Positions 21,396-30,087 of a DNA stretch of 32,000 nt are shown here, piece by piece. Source of the DNA: Eggerthellaceae bacterium (GTDB lineage: Bacteria > Actinomycetota > Coriobacteriia > Coriobacteriales > Eggerthellaceae); NCBI GenBank assembly GCA_009782615.1, contig WRIS01000008.1, positions 31,610 to 63,609 on the forward strand, given 5' to 3'. Position 1 is the first letter of the stretch. The number at the start of each line of letters is the position of its first letter. A program made the translations under genes and the position numbers. A model generated the notes under the pieces. That model saw only the letters and a program-made list of their open reading frames with translations, was not told where the DNA came from and did no database searches.

Positions 21396-24026
21396 CTAGG
21401 CAAACAGTGCTCGCGCAGCATCCAGTGCTGCCTCCAGCCCGCCTAAATCCTTGCCGCCCGCTTGCGCCATGGTTGCACTACCGCCACCGCCACCTTTGAT
21501 AGCAGGAGAAATGCTTTTGATGATTGCCCCTCCATCAAAGCCTGTCTGAACCGCTTCAGGGGTTCCCGCAGCAAGCAAGAGTGGCGTGCCTTCGTTGTCG
21601 GCACCCAAAACACATGCCCCTGGTTTGGGAAGACGGGTGCGCAAAACATCCCATCCATTACGCAGCGAACCCACGTCTGCCGCACCCACATGGGCGATGA
21701 CAAGAGGATAGCCAACATCAATAGCTTTTTCAGCCAAAGCTTCGAACTCATCGGCACCACGAGATTCCTTTTGACGCTTTTGCGCGTCGGCTGCTTCTTT
21801 CACCACGCGAATCTGCGCGGCTGTTTTTTCGCTCACCTGAAGCAAGGGCACGCGCAGCTGTGTTGCCGTGTCTTTCAGTTCAGACTCTATTTTATTCATA
21901 TAAGCAAGCGCATCAAAGCTGCTGAGAGCTTCAATGCGGCGCAAATTCGCACCGACACTAGCTTCGCTCACAATCTTCACGAAGCCAATTTCGGCCGTGT
22001 TGTTCACGTGCGTACCGCCGCACAGTTCTTGCGAAAAGCCCTGTATGTCTAACACGCGTACCACATCACCATACTTTTCCCCGAAAAGCGCGATGACTCC
22101 TGCTTCGCGTGCCTGAGATATCGTTGTTTCATAAGCGTGAACCGCATGGTTTTCCATGATGGCTTGATTCGCCAGGCGCTCAACCGAAGCTATTTCTTCG
22201 GCGCTCATCGCTTCAAAATGGGTGAAGTCAAAGCGCAGGCGGTTGGAGGCAACGCTTGAACCCGCCTGCTTGACGTGGTCACCTAAAACCGTGCGTAAGG
22301 CACCGTGGAGAATATGAGTCGCCGTGTGATTGCGGCAAACGCGGTTGCGATATCCTTCGTCGATTGCGGCTTGAAGCACCTGGCCAAGCGATACCGTACC
22401 CTGTTTGACCTCAACCGTATGAACAAAGAGCCCGACTTCAGGTTCTTGGACATCACTCACCACCAGATTCATGCCCTCGAAAGACATAGTGCCGATGTCG
22501 GCAACCTGCCCGCCTTTTTCGGCGTAAAACGGCGTTTTATCGCCGATAAGCTGCCCTGTTTCTCCCGCGTGCAATTCTTGAACCCGCAGCCCGTCGCGCA
22601 CGAGCGCCCTCACACACAGCGGGGATACGGTATCCGTGTATCCCACAAATTCGCTCGCCCCAAATTCGGCTGCAATTTCACTCATAACACCACCATAGGT
22701 TGACCAAGCTTTGTCGGTGTCCTTTGCATGAGTTCGTGCGCGCTGCTTTTGTTCTTCCATCAGGCGCACAAATTCTTCGCAGTCAACGCCCACACCAAGG
22801 TCGGCAACAATTTCTTCGGTCACTTCAAAGGGAAATCCGTAGGTATCATGGAGGGTAAACGCATCCAAACCACTGAGCACATCACCTGTCTTATAGCCTT
22901 CGAGTGCCTGGTCAAGATATATTTTTCCCTGCCTCAAGGTTGCTCCGAAACGTTCTTCTTCGGAAAGCACCACCCGTCTTATGAGTTCATGATTTTCAAC
23001 AAGTTCGGGATAGGGCTCACCCATGCGCTTTACCACTTCGTCAACATAGCGGTTCAAAAACGTGCCCTCAACGCCGATAAGCGTGCCCTTCAAAACGGCT
23101 CGACGCAACAGGCGGCGAAGCACGTAACCGCGCCCTTCGTTTGACGGGAGAATACCATCAGCAATCATGAAGGTCACCGCGCGAGCATGATCTGCCATGA
23201 TGCGCAACAACAAATCGTCAGCGGCATCCGCCCCATACGTTTTTTTGGAAAGCGCTTCACCCACGTCAAGCAAGCCGCGCATGACATCCGTTTCGTAGTT
23301 TGACTGCACACCTTGGATAATCGCGGCAATACGCTCAAGACCCATGCCCGTATCAATATTCTTCTTCGGAAGCGGAACAAGGCTTCCATCTTCTTGTCCG
23401 TCATATTGGGTAAACACAAGATTCCAGTACTCCAAATAGCGCTCGCAATCACAACCTGGTGCGCAATCCGCGCTGCCACACCCAAAGACTTCTCCTTGGT
23501 CGTAATAGATTTCCGTACAAGGGCCACACGGACCAGTTGGACCCGCACGCCAGAAATTGTCCTTTTCCCCGAGCCGCGATATGTGCGCATCGGGTACGCC
23601 TAGAGCTTTCCATATCCCGATTGTTTCATCGTCGTCTTGAAAAACGGTGTAGTATAAGCGCTCTCGGTCAAGCCCGAGGTCATCAAGGGAAAATTCGAGC
23701 GCCCAAGCGCACATCTCTTCCTTGAAATAGTCCCCAAAACTGAAATTGCCCAGCATCTCGAAGAAGCTGAAGTGTCTGCCAGTTTTGCCGATTATGTCAA
23801 TATCGCTCGTACGAACGCATTTCTGCACCGTTGTCGCACCTCGATAAGGGGTTTCAAGTTGTTTTTGCTGCAAAAAGTACGGCTTGAACTGAACCATCCC
23901 CGCGCTAGTCAACAGCAGCGAAGGGTCATCAGGTATCAACGACGAAGAAGGAAAGCGCTTACATCCCTTCTTCTCAAAATAGCTGAGATATTTCTCTCGT
24001 ATTTCGGCAACACTCATATATTCCAT
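21396..24026 (-). CDS. alaS: Alanine--tRNA ligase (876 aa).
   Basis: Motifs: EIREKYLSYFEKKGCKRFPSSSLIP, FEMLGNFSFGDYFK, the second-domain HxxxH (NHTATHILH), CGGTHV, and a C-terminal DHHA1-like domain ending in KGGGGGS. The start may instead be the second ATG at 24017. Confidence 0.95.
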   Translation of the reverse strand: MEYMSVAEIREKYLSYFEKKGCKRFPSSSLIPDDPSLLLTSAGMVQFKPYFLQQKQLETPYRGATTVQKCVRTSDIDIIGKTGRHFSFFEMLGNFSFGDYFKEEMCAWALEFSLDDLGLDRERLYYTVFQDDDETIGIWKALGVPDAHISRLGEKDNFWRAGPTGPCGPCTEIYYDQGEVFGCGSADCAPGCDCERYLEYWNLVFTQYDGQEDGSLVPLPKKNIDTGMGLERIAAIIQGVQSNYETDVMRGLLDVGEALSKKTYGADAADDLLLRIMADHARAVTFMIADGILPSNEGRGYVLRRLLRRAVLKGTLIGVEGTFLNRYVDEVVKRMGEPYPELVENHELIRRVVLSEEERFGATLRQGKIYLDQALEGYKTGDVLSGLDAFTLHDTYGFPFEVTEEIVADLGVGVDCEEFVRLMEEQKQRARTHAKDTDKAWSTYGGVMSEIAAEFGASEFVGYTDTVSPLCVRALVRDGLRVQELHAGETGQLIGDKTPFYAEKGGQVADIGTMSFEGMNLVVSDVQEPEVGLFVHTVEVKQGTVSLGQVLQAAIDEGYRNRVCRNHTATHILHGALRTVLGDHVKQAGSSVASNRLRFDFTHFEAMSAEEIASVERLANQAIMENHAVHAYETTISQAREAGVIALFGEKYGDVVRVLDIQGFSQELCGGTHVNNTAEIGFVKIVSEASVGANLRRIEALSSFDALAYMNKIESELKDTATQLRVPLLQVSEKTAAQIRVVKEAADAQKRQKESRGADEFEALAEKAIDVGYPLVIAHVGAADVGSLRNGWDVLRTRLPKPGACVLGADNEGTPLLLAAGTPEAVQTGFDGGAIIKSISPAIKGGGGGSATMAQAGGKDLGGLEAALDAARALFA

Positions 24027-24159
24027 GAAACACGTTCTCTTTCTCTGGTCAATCTTCGGTCAATCTCTTTTTCTCTCAGGGGTTGATCCCCCTGTGGGAA
24101 CTGCCCGCCCACACAGGAACTGTTCCACGCCCAAGGCATCAAGGCTTGCTTGTCTTTTC

Positions 24160-25551
24160 TCAATCGTCCTTGCTCTCGGCGCGCTTCGGTGCCCCGTCTT
24201 TTGAATCTTGCGCGTCGCTTGAGTCGCCCTCTGCTTCTTTGTCGATTTTTCTTTCCCTGCGCAAATCCTTGAGCCGCTTTCCGTAGAGGTGGCTTATCGG
24301 CGTTGTCGGCTGAATCACCCGAGAAGGCGATGTCGCATCGGCGATAGGGTTGATTTTTTCCGCGTCCTCACAGCGAGCAGGAATTCCCTTGAAGAAAACT
24401 CCGTCCTCAGCAACAATTTGGCGCCCAGTTTTCTTTTCGAAATAGTACACGAAAATCGACTTGAATGCAGCGGCGGCAGGAATCGAAACAAGGACACCCA
24501 CCAAACTTCCCATAAGCCCGCCCATCAAGGCACCGATTGCAGAGCCTACCATCAGGGCAATAAAGATAACTGCTGGATGCACATCGACCGAATCAGCCAT
24601 CAGTTTCGGCGTGACGAACGCAGCAACAAACAGTTGAATAGCAACGGTCACGATAAAAGCAATAAGCGCAACCCAAGGACTTACAAACATGCCAACAATG
24701 GCAACCAAGATAGCAGCCAACCATGAGCCAAGGATAGGAATGATGTTCAAAAGACCGATAATACCCGCAAGGGCGCCTGCATTAGGAAGCCCGATAATGG
24801 CAATCGCGATTCCGCAGCAAACCCCGTTTATCGTAGCCGCCACCAGTGTTGCCTTGATGAATCCGCCAATCACCCGCGTGAAGGTAACGTGGAGCATTTC
24901 CGCATCTTGCTCATGCTTTCCCGACACCAAACGCCTGCATTCGCGACCAAGCGCTGGAAGGTCGAGAAGAATCCAAAACGCGATGATAAGCGCAAGGATA
25001 ATAACCAGGGAAAGGCTCAAGACAGAACTTCCGAAACTGACCAGCCCGTCGGCAGAAATCTTTGCCAACTGGCTTGCCCACGTGGTAAGCGTAGAAGTTG
25101 CTTCATTGACCCACGACTCCATGAAGTCGTTTTGAAGAAGCCCGAAATACGCCGCATAAATTTCGTTGAACCAATCAACTATCTGCTGGAAATATGCAGG
25201 GATGTGCTCAATGAGGCTCGTGTACTGATCGCTGATACCAAACACTGGCGAAAAGAGCAGAATGCCAAAGGCGGCAAGCAAAGCAAGCATGCCGATATAG
25301 GCAATCGTGGTGCCCCATAAACGATTGAGTCCCTTTTCTTCCAAGTATCTCACGGGCGTCCGCAAACAAAATACGATGATTGCCGTCCATACGATAACGG
25401 CGAGTGGCATCGAAAGCGTTTGAAGAACATATCCGAGCGCAACGATAAGGAGGACGAGTCCGATAATCGTCCAAACGCGGAAAAAGTTCCTTTGCACTTT
25501 CAGGTCCTTTGCCTGCCCCTGAGGGGAGTGACCAAAATTCAGCAACTTCAC
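24160..25551 (-). CDS. AI-2E family (PerM/UPF0118) permease (463 aa) with a charged C-terminal tail.
   Basis: The body has multiple hydrophobic helices typical of the family, including [21 protein letters not shown]. The GTG start overlaps the upstream stop as GTGA. Confidence 0.7.
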   Translation of the reverse strand: MKLLNFGHSPQGQAKDLKVQRNFFRVWTIIGLVLLIVALGYVLQTLSMPLAVIVWTAIIVFCLRTPVRYLEEKGLNRLWGTTIAYIGMLALLAAFGILLFSPVFGISDQYTSLIEHIPAYFQQIVDWFNEIYAAYFGLLQNDFMESWVNEATSTLTTWASQLAKISADGLVSFGSSVLSLSLVIILALIIAFWILLDLPALGRECRRLVSGKHEQDAEMLHVTFTRVIGGFIKATLVAATINGVCCGIAIAIIGLPNAGALAGIIGLLNIIPILGSWLAAILVAIVGMFVSPWVALIAFIVTVAIQLFVAAFVTPKLMADSVDVHPAVIFIALMVGSAIGALMGGLMGSLVGVLVSIPAAAAFKSIFVYYFEKKTGRQIVAEDGVFFKGIPARCEDAEKINPIADATSPSRVIQPTTPISHLYGKRLKDLRRERKIDKEAEGDSSDAQDSKDGAPKRAESKDD

Positions 25552-28316
25552 GAGCGACCCGAAGTTCTAGATTTTCTCGACGGACTCTCGGAATTCGAAG
25601 CTGGCCGACCGCGCTCAGCAGCAGAAGTTACCTGATGCCCGAGCTTCGAGGCACTCGCTTCCCGAGCGGCTTGCCCCGCTGTTGTTCCGTGGGCTGCCTG
25701 TGCATCAGCCGCTTCTTTGGCAATCTTGTTTGCGCGGGCGAGCGCTGCATCGCGTGCTGCCTTCGCGCCGTCCTCTGCTGTTTGGGCAGGACTTACCGAC
25801 TTGCGAACAGGAGCATCGTTTGGCTTGCGCACGGGAGGAACATCAAGCGGTTTGCGCTGAGGGGCAGCCTCAGGTTTGCGCACGGGAGGAGCCTCACGCG
25901 CGACCCGTGCCTCTCTTGTGTCTCGCACATCTCTCGCATCGCGTGCCTCTCGTGCCCCGCGTCGTTCTTGCGCGGCACGTTCTTTCGCTTCGCGGCGCTC
26001 TCGCGCGGCACGTTCTTTCGCTTCGCGCCGTTCTTGCGCAACGCGTTCTTTGATTTCTCGTCTGCCTTGTGAGGAACGTTCGTAGGCGGATTGTTCTTTA
26101 GCAGCCTGTGCTTCCTTGGCAAGACGTTCTTGTTCGGCGCGGTCTCGTATGGCTTGCTCTTTGGCAGCCTTTGCTTGTTCAGAAAGTTCCTTTTCGGCTT
26201 TTTCTTTTGCAGCCTTATCTTTTGCCGCACGGTCTTTTGCCGCTTTATCTTTCGCTGCTTTTTCTTGATCGGCTTTTTCTTTTTCGGCTTGCTCTTTCGC
26301 CTTTTCCTTCGCGATGCGGTCTTTTTCCGCCTGTTCTCTGGCTGCCTTTTCCTTTGCCGCCTTTTCCTTCGCGGCCTTTTCCCTGGCTGCCTTTTCTTTC
26401 GCAGCTTTTTCCTTTTCGGCTTTTTCCGCATCAAGGCGTGCTTGTTCTTCGCGTTCCTTGGCTTTACGCTCGTTTTCGATTCGTTTTTCTTCTTCGGCAC
26501 GGTTTTGTGCAGCACGTTGCTTTTGTACGGCACGTTCGTCTTCAGCGCGCTGTTCTTGTGCGATGCGTTCTTGTTCGGCGCGCTCTTGTGCGATGCGCAG
26601 CTCTTGTTCAACCCGCTCTTGCATAGCTTGCGCTTGGGCAACCCTTTCTTGCGCGGCGCGTTCTTGAGCAGCCAACATTTCTTCGGCTTTGCGGATTTCT
26701 TCTGCCGCAATTTCTTGAGCAAGTTGTAGTTCCTTGGCTTTGCGAACCTCTTCGGCTGCCAACTTCGCGGCTGCCGCTTGAGCCATGCGCGCTTCGTCTG
26801 CGGCTCTGCGTGCTGCTTCTATTTGGGCGATGCGATCAGCTTCCGCAGCTTCTTGTGCGGCACGTGCGGCGCGCACAATACGCGCTTCTTCTTCAGCTTT
26901 TCTTTGCTGTTTTTCGCGCTGAAGTCGTTGTTCATGAGAAGCCTTTTCGGCTGCTGCCATCTGTGCGGCACGCGCGGCTTCAACCGCTTTGCGTGCTGCC
27001 GCCGCTTGTGCAGCGCGGGCTTCGTCAACGGAATTTTGAGATGTCTGATAGCCCGCGGGATAGCCTGCTTGTTGATAAGCTGCTTGCTGAACGACACCTT
27101 GTGGTGGCTGCACCCGCCCTGTCGGATAGCCCGCTTGTTGGTAACCTGCAGGATAGCCCGACCCTTGAGCCGCCGCTCGAGCTTGAGAATAGCTTGCCGC
27201 CTGAGCAGCATTCTGTTGTGCCTGTGCCCGTGCTGCTTGCGCCTGGGCTTGGGCTTGCGCCTGGGCTTGGGCCTGAGCCTGTGCTTGTGCTTGCGCTTGT
27301 GTTTGCGCCTGAGCCTGCGCCTGTGTTTGCGCTTGTGGCTGTGCTTGTGCTTGAGCCTGCGCTTGTGCTTGCGCCGCAGTATAGGCCGCCATCTGAGACG
27401 GCGTCAGCTGCGTCGCAGGGTTGGTCGTGCGCGGGGCAGGCGGTTGCGCAGCATTTTGCGGCGCTGAAGAACCATAGGTAAAATATCGCTCTTGATCAGA
27501 ATTGTTGGTAGGAGGAGTTACCGAAGCGTTCGCTTGGCGCTGAGCTTGGTTTGCGTTTGCGGCGTTCGCAGCAGGAGTAGCAACCGCAGCACTTGCAGCA
27601 CTTGCCTTCGCCGCACCCCTATTCGCAGCCGCCGCATTAGTCACCGCCGCCGCCGCAGCAGCCGCAGCCGCTCTTCGCTGCTCTTGGGTAAGTTCTGCGC
27701 CCTCGGCGCTTCCCTGCACTGCCGATTCGGCAGGGTTCTTTTCGTCAAGAAGGGCTTCCAACAAGCTTATGGAAGGCTTCTCTGTTTCTTGGGTAAGTCC
27801 TGAAGTTTCACTTTGAGAAGTCGTTTTCGAAGGAAGTGCCGCAGAAACTGCTACGATGCCCGCGTCATTCGCTCTTCCTGCACCCAAAGCAATCGATTCA
27901 GGGCTTGCCTTGCGCTGCTTAAAAGCATTACGGACACGCGAGGTAACGTTGTTCATCAACTCCATGGGAGCGTTTGCCGCAGCATCAACCGCATTCGCCG
28001 CAGACGACAGCGTTCCTGTCACTTCGTTAACGTTTTCCAAGATTTGGTCAATGCGCATCATCTCAAGATTTGCCGCATCCACCGTCAAAGCGACACGTTC
28101 CATCAGAGGGTCTGCCTTTGCCGCAACTGGCTCAAGCGCTACCACGATATTTTCAACATGCTCCAGCGTGGGCATGACTCTTCTACTAATTTCATTAACA
28201 GCAGCACGCGTACGACGAACCATAAGAACCAGTTCGACAACGAACCAAATTAAAGCAAGAACCACCAGAACAGACGCAAATGGCAGTATTAAATTCAAAA
28301 TTTCGGTTATACTCAT
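25548..28316 (-). CDS. Membrane-anchored protein (922 aa) with a DUF948-like N-terminus and an extremely low-complexity body. Function unknown.
   Basis: RBS AGGAGG before the ATG at 28316. Single TM helix ([25 protein letters not shown], followed by RRTR). Heptad-like region of about 100 aa resembling DUF948. Then, in order: an Ala/Ser/Thr-rich linker; an (AQ)n tract; GYPAGYQQ repeats; about 380 aa of E/K/R/A/Q-rich sequence; PPVRKP repeats; and a basic tail. The frame stays open over 2.77 kb. Confidence 0.85.
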   Translation of the reverse strand: MSITEILNLILPFASVLVVLALIWFVVELVLMVRRTRAAVNEISRRVMPTLEHVENIVVALEPVAAKADPLMERVALTVDAANLEMMRIDQILENVNEVTGTLSSAANAVDAAANAPMELMNNVTSRVRNAFKQRKASPESIALGAGRANDAGIVAVSAALPSKTTSQSETSGLTQETEKPSISLLEALLDEKNPAESAVQGSAEGAELTQEQRRAAAAAAAAAVTNAAAANRGAAKASAASAAVATPAANAANANQAQRQANASVTPPTNNSDQERYFTYGSSAPQNAAQPPAPRTTNPATQLTPSQMAAYTAAQAQAQAQAQAQPQAQTQAQAQAQTQAQAQAQAQAQAQAQAQAQAQAARAQAQQNAAQAASYSQARAAAQGSGYPAGYQQAGYPTGRVQPPQGVVQQAAYQQAGYPAGYQTSQNSVDEARAAQAAAARKAVEAARAAQMAAAEKASHEQRLQREKQQRKAEEEARIVRAARAAQEAAEADRIAQIEAARRAADEARMAQAAAAKLAAEEVRKAKELQLAQEIAAEEIRKAEEMLAAQERAAQERVAQAQAMQERVEQELRIAQERAEQERIAQEQRAEDERAVQKQRAAQNRAEEEKRIENERKAKEREEQARLDAEKAEKEKAAKEKAAREKAAKEKAAKEKAAREQAEKDRIAKEKAKEQAEKEKADQEKAAKDKAAKDRAAKDKAAKEKAEKELSEQAKAAKEQAIRDRAEQERLAKEAQAAKEQSAYERSSQGRREIKERVAQERREAKERAARERREAKERAAQERRGAREARDARDVRDTREARVAREAPPVRKPEAAPQRKPLDVPPVRKPNDAPVRKSVSPAQTAEDGAKAARDAALARANKIAKEAADAQAAHGTTAGQAAREASASKLGHQVTSAAERGRPASNSESPSRKSRTSGRS
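25966..26031. repeat. 33-bp tandem duplication inside the 922-aa gene.
   Basis: Unit 1 is tcttgcgcggcacgttctttcgcttcgcggcgc. Unit 2 is tctcgcgcggcacgttctttcgcttcgcgccgt. They encode [11 protein letters not shown] / [11 protein letters not shown]. Confidence 0.85.
26195..26432. repeat. Degenerate 15-bp periodic repeat encoding ([15 protein letters not shown])n.
   Basis: The plus strand shows reiterated cttttcctt[ct]gc[ac]gc units. The translation is [26 protein letters not shown]...[26 protein letters not shown]. Confidence 0.8.
27213..27377. repeat. Imperfect hexanucleotide repeat (plus strand YTGNGC) encoding an Ala-Gln dipeptide tract of about 55 codons.
   Basis: The translation is [31 protein letters not shown]...[10 protein letters not shown]. 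Codons alternate among gcc/gca/gcg/gct and cag/caa, so the DNA repeat is not perfect. Confidence 0.9.
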
Positions 28317-28451
28317 GCATCCTCCTACAACTCGAATACTTTACTATACCATGTTCATCTGGAATTCTTTCGAATCGTTACAGTTTTCATAAGGCATTCA
28401 TAGTGCATATTTTAATCGGTTACGCGGGAAAAACGCAGCATTAATCGCATA

Positions 28452-29768
28452 CTAATCGGCTTGAGGGCGATCCTTTGCCGTAGCTTCATGGCGATAGGCT
28501 TCCCAACCACGTTCTCCCGCCTGATAAAAGCAACCTTTTTCAAGCCCCTCGGGAAGATAGCGCTGGTCAACCCAGCCTGACGGATAGCTGTGCGGATAGA
28601 GGTATGAGCCATACTCTTCTGAACCAGGACGATGGCGATCGCGAAGATAATCGGGGATTTTGCGCGCAGGACCTTTTCTCACCTCGGCTTGCGCAGCATT
28701 GATTCCATTGAGTGCGGCATTTGATTTAGGAGCAAGGGCCATATAGGTTACCGCCTGAGCAAGGATAATGCGACATTCAGGATAACCGATTACCTCGGCA
28801 GACTTAAAGGCAGCCTGGGCAATAAGAAGCGCTTGCGGGTCGGCATTGCCGATATCTTCGGCAGCAAGGATGAATATGCGACGCGCAATAAACTTTGGGT
28901 CTTCCCCACCTTCTATCATGCGCGCCAAGTAATACAAGGCGGCATCAGGGTCTGAGCCACGCATAGATTTGATGAACGCAGAAATCACGTCGTAGTGCAC
29001 GTCTTTGTTTTTGTCGTAGGGAAGGCTGCGATGCGGTGTTGCCTTCCTGATTGCGTCGGCGGTGATGCACATCTTTTTCTTGCCTGTTGCAGGTGTTGCC
29101 AATTCTGCAGCAAGTTCAAGAGTCGTAAGCGCCACCCTTCCGTCTCCGCCCGCTAACACCACGAGCGCTTGTGCGGCTTCATCATCAAGGCGATACTTGC
29201 CCGCAAGCCCCCGTTCATCTTCGAGGGCATTGTTCAAAAGAAGAGCTATATCGTCATCAGATAGGGACTTGAGTTCAACGATACGTGAACGGGATATCAG
29301 AGCTGAATTTACCTCAAAGAAAGGGTTTTCCGTGGTTGCGCCGACCATAACAACAATGCCGTCCTCAACAGCATGAAGCAAGGCATCTTGCTGACTTCGA
29401 TTGAAGCGATGAATTTCGTCAATGAACAGCGTGGTATGCAGCCCGCTTAAGGTGAGGCGTTTTTCGGCAGCGTCAATTTCGCGGCGTAGATCAGCCACCG
29501 TGCCCCCCACCGCTGACACTTCGACAAAGACCGCCTTGGTGCTGGCCGCTATCACATGCGCAAGCGAGGTTTTCCCTGTGCCCGCTGGTCCAAAAAGAAT
29601 CACAGAACTCAACTGGTCATTTTCGATGGCATTTTTGAGCCAGCTTCCTTTGCCCACGACACTTTCCTGCCCGACTATTTCATCAAGCGCGCGCGGGCGC
29701 ATCCGTACCGCTAAAGGAGCCACGGTGTACTTGGCGGCATTGTCAATTTCTGTGAAAAGGTTGTCCAT
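28452..29768 (-). CDS. rarA: Replication-associated recombination protein A (RarA/MgsA AAA+ ATPase) (438 aa).
   Basis: Motifs: PLAVRMRPRALDEIVGQ, Walker A GPAGTGKTSLA, Walker B LFIDEIHRFN, and the C-terminal MgsA region KSMRGSDPDAALYYLARM. The ATG at 29768 is preferred over the GTG at 29795. Confidence 0.9.
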   Translation of the reverse strand: MDNLFTEIDNAAKYTVAPLAVRMRPRALDEIVGQESVVGKGSWLKNAIENDQLSSVILFGPAGTGKTSLAHVIAASTKAVFVEVSAVGGTVADLRREIDAAEKRLTLSGLHTTLFIDEIHRFNRSQQDALLHAVEDGIVVMVGATTENPFFEVNSALISRSRIVELKSLSDDDIALLLNNALEDERGLAGKYRLDDEAAQALVVLAGGDGRVALTTLELAAELATPATGKKKMCITADAIRKATPHRSLPYDKNKDVHYDVISAFIKSMRGSDPDAALYYLARMIEGGEDPKFIARRIFILAAEDIGNADPQALLIAQAAFKSAEVIGYPECRIILAQAVTYMALAPKSNAALNGINAAQAEVRKGPARKIPDYLRDRHRPGSEEYGSYLYPHSYPSGWVDQRYLPEGLEKGCFYQAGERGWEAYRHEATAKDRPQAD

Positions 29769-30087
29769 AAAGATATTGTAACGCGAATTGAGCACTTTCG
29801 TACAGACGTTTGCCTAAATTCTGAAAATCATAATCTGTTTTATGTCAAGTCTTTTTTTCTTGTTGCTTAATTACTATACTCAAGCTAGGCTTCGCCCTCG
29901 CGTCATACATTAGTGATGGACCGACGCATATGAATAGGGAGCTCAATATAGTGTGTGGAATGGGGATTCGTGTCTGTTGATACGAAAGCCAGGAAGCAGC
30001 TGCGAGCACCCACCTTTTACGAGGTGGGTTCATCCTCTGACCGAGGGTGGGGCTATAATAAGCCTCTGCTTAAACCCGATGCGCTTC

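Noticed and set aside
24027-24159. A T-box or other riboswitch leader might lie upstream of alaS.
   Set aside because: Only about 130 nt are available. No T-box consensus (GGUGGUACCGCG-like) and no specifier/antiterminator architecture is visible. The hairpins are more simply the end of the upstream permease transcript.
897-27377. The short tandem repeats (recN, aroB, aroK, the 922-aa gene, the 22-bp intergenic array) might be a CRISPR array or mobile-element repeats.
   Set aside because: The units are contiguous with no spacers, have periods of 6-33 bp, are mostly in-frame inside genes, and are unrelated to each other. No cas, transposase or integrase genes are present.
25509-27803. Long plus-strand ORFs (for example 25509-26072, 26091-26729, 26778-27467, 26810-27481, 27492-27803) and an alternative minus-frame ORF (25793-26722) overlie the 922-aa gene.
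   Set aside because: They are mirror or shifted-frame artefacts of a repetitive, compositionally biased sequence, giving poly-F/L/C/R translations. None has an RBS. Only the 25548-28316 frame has an RBS, a TM helix and an uninterrupted 2.77-kb frame.
29940-30087. A possible small RNA lies between the histidine kinase and rarA: CCAGGAAGCAGC resembles the SRP RNA helix-8 AGCAGC motif, GGTTCATCC resembles a T-loop, and there is a 7-bp hairpin acccacc-ttttacga-ggtgggt.
   Set aside because: The flanks do not pair into the conserved SRP helix with a GNRA loop. No acceptor or anticodon arms can be built for a tRNA or tmRNA. The hairpin is best explained as the histidine kinase operon terminator region (without a U-tract). 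An Infernal scan could settle it.
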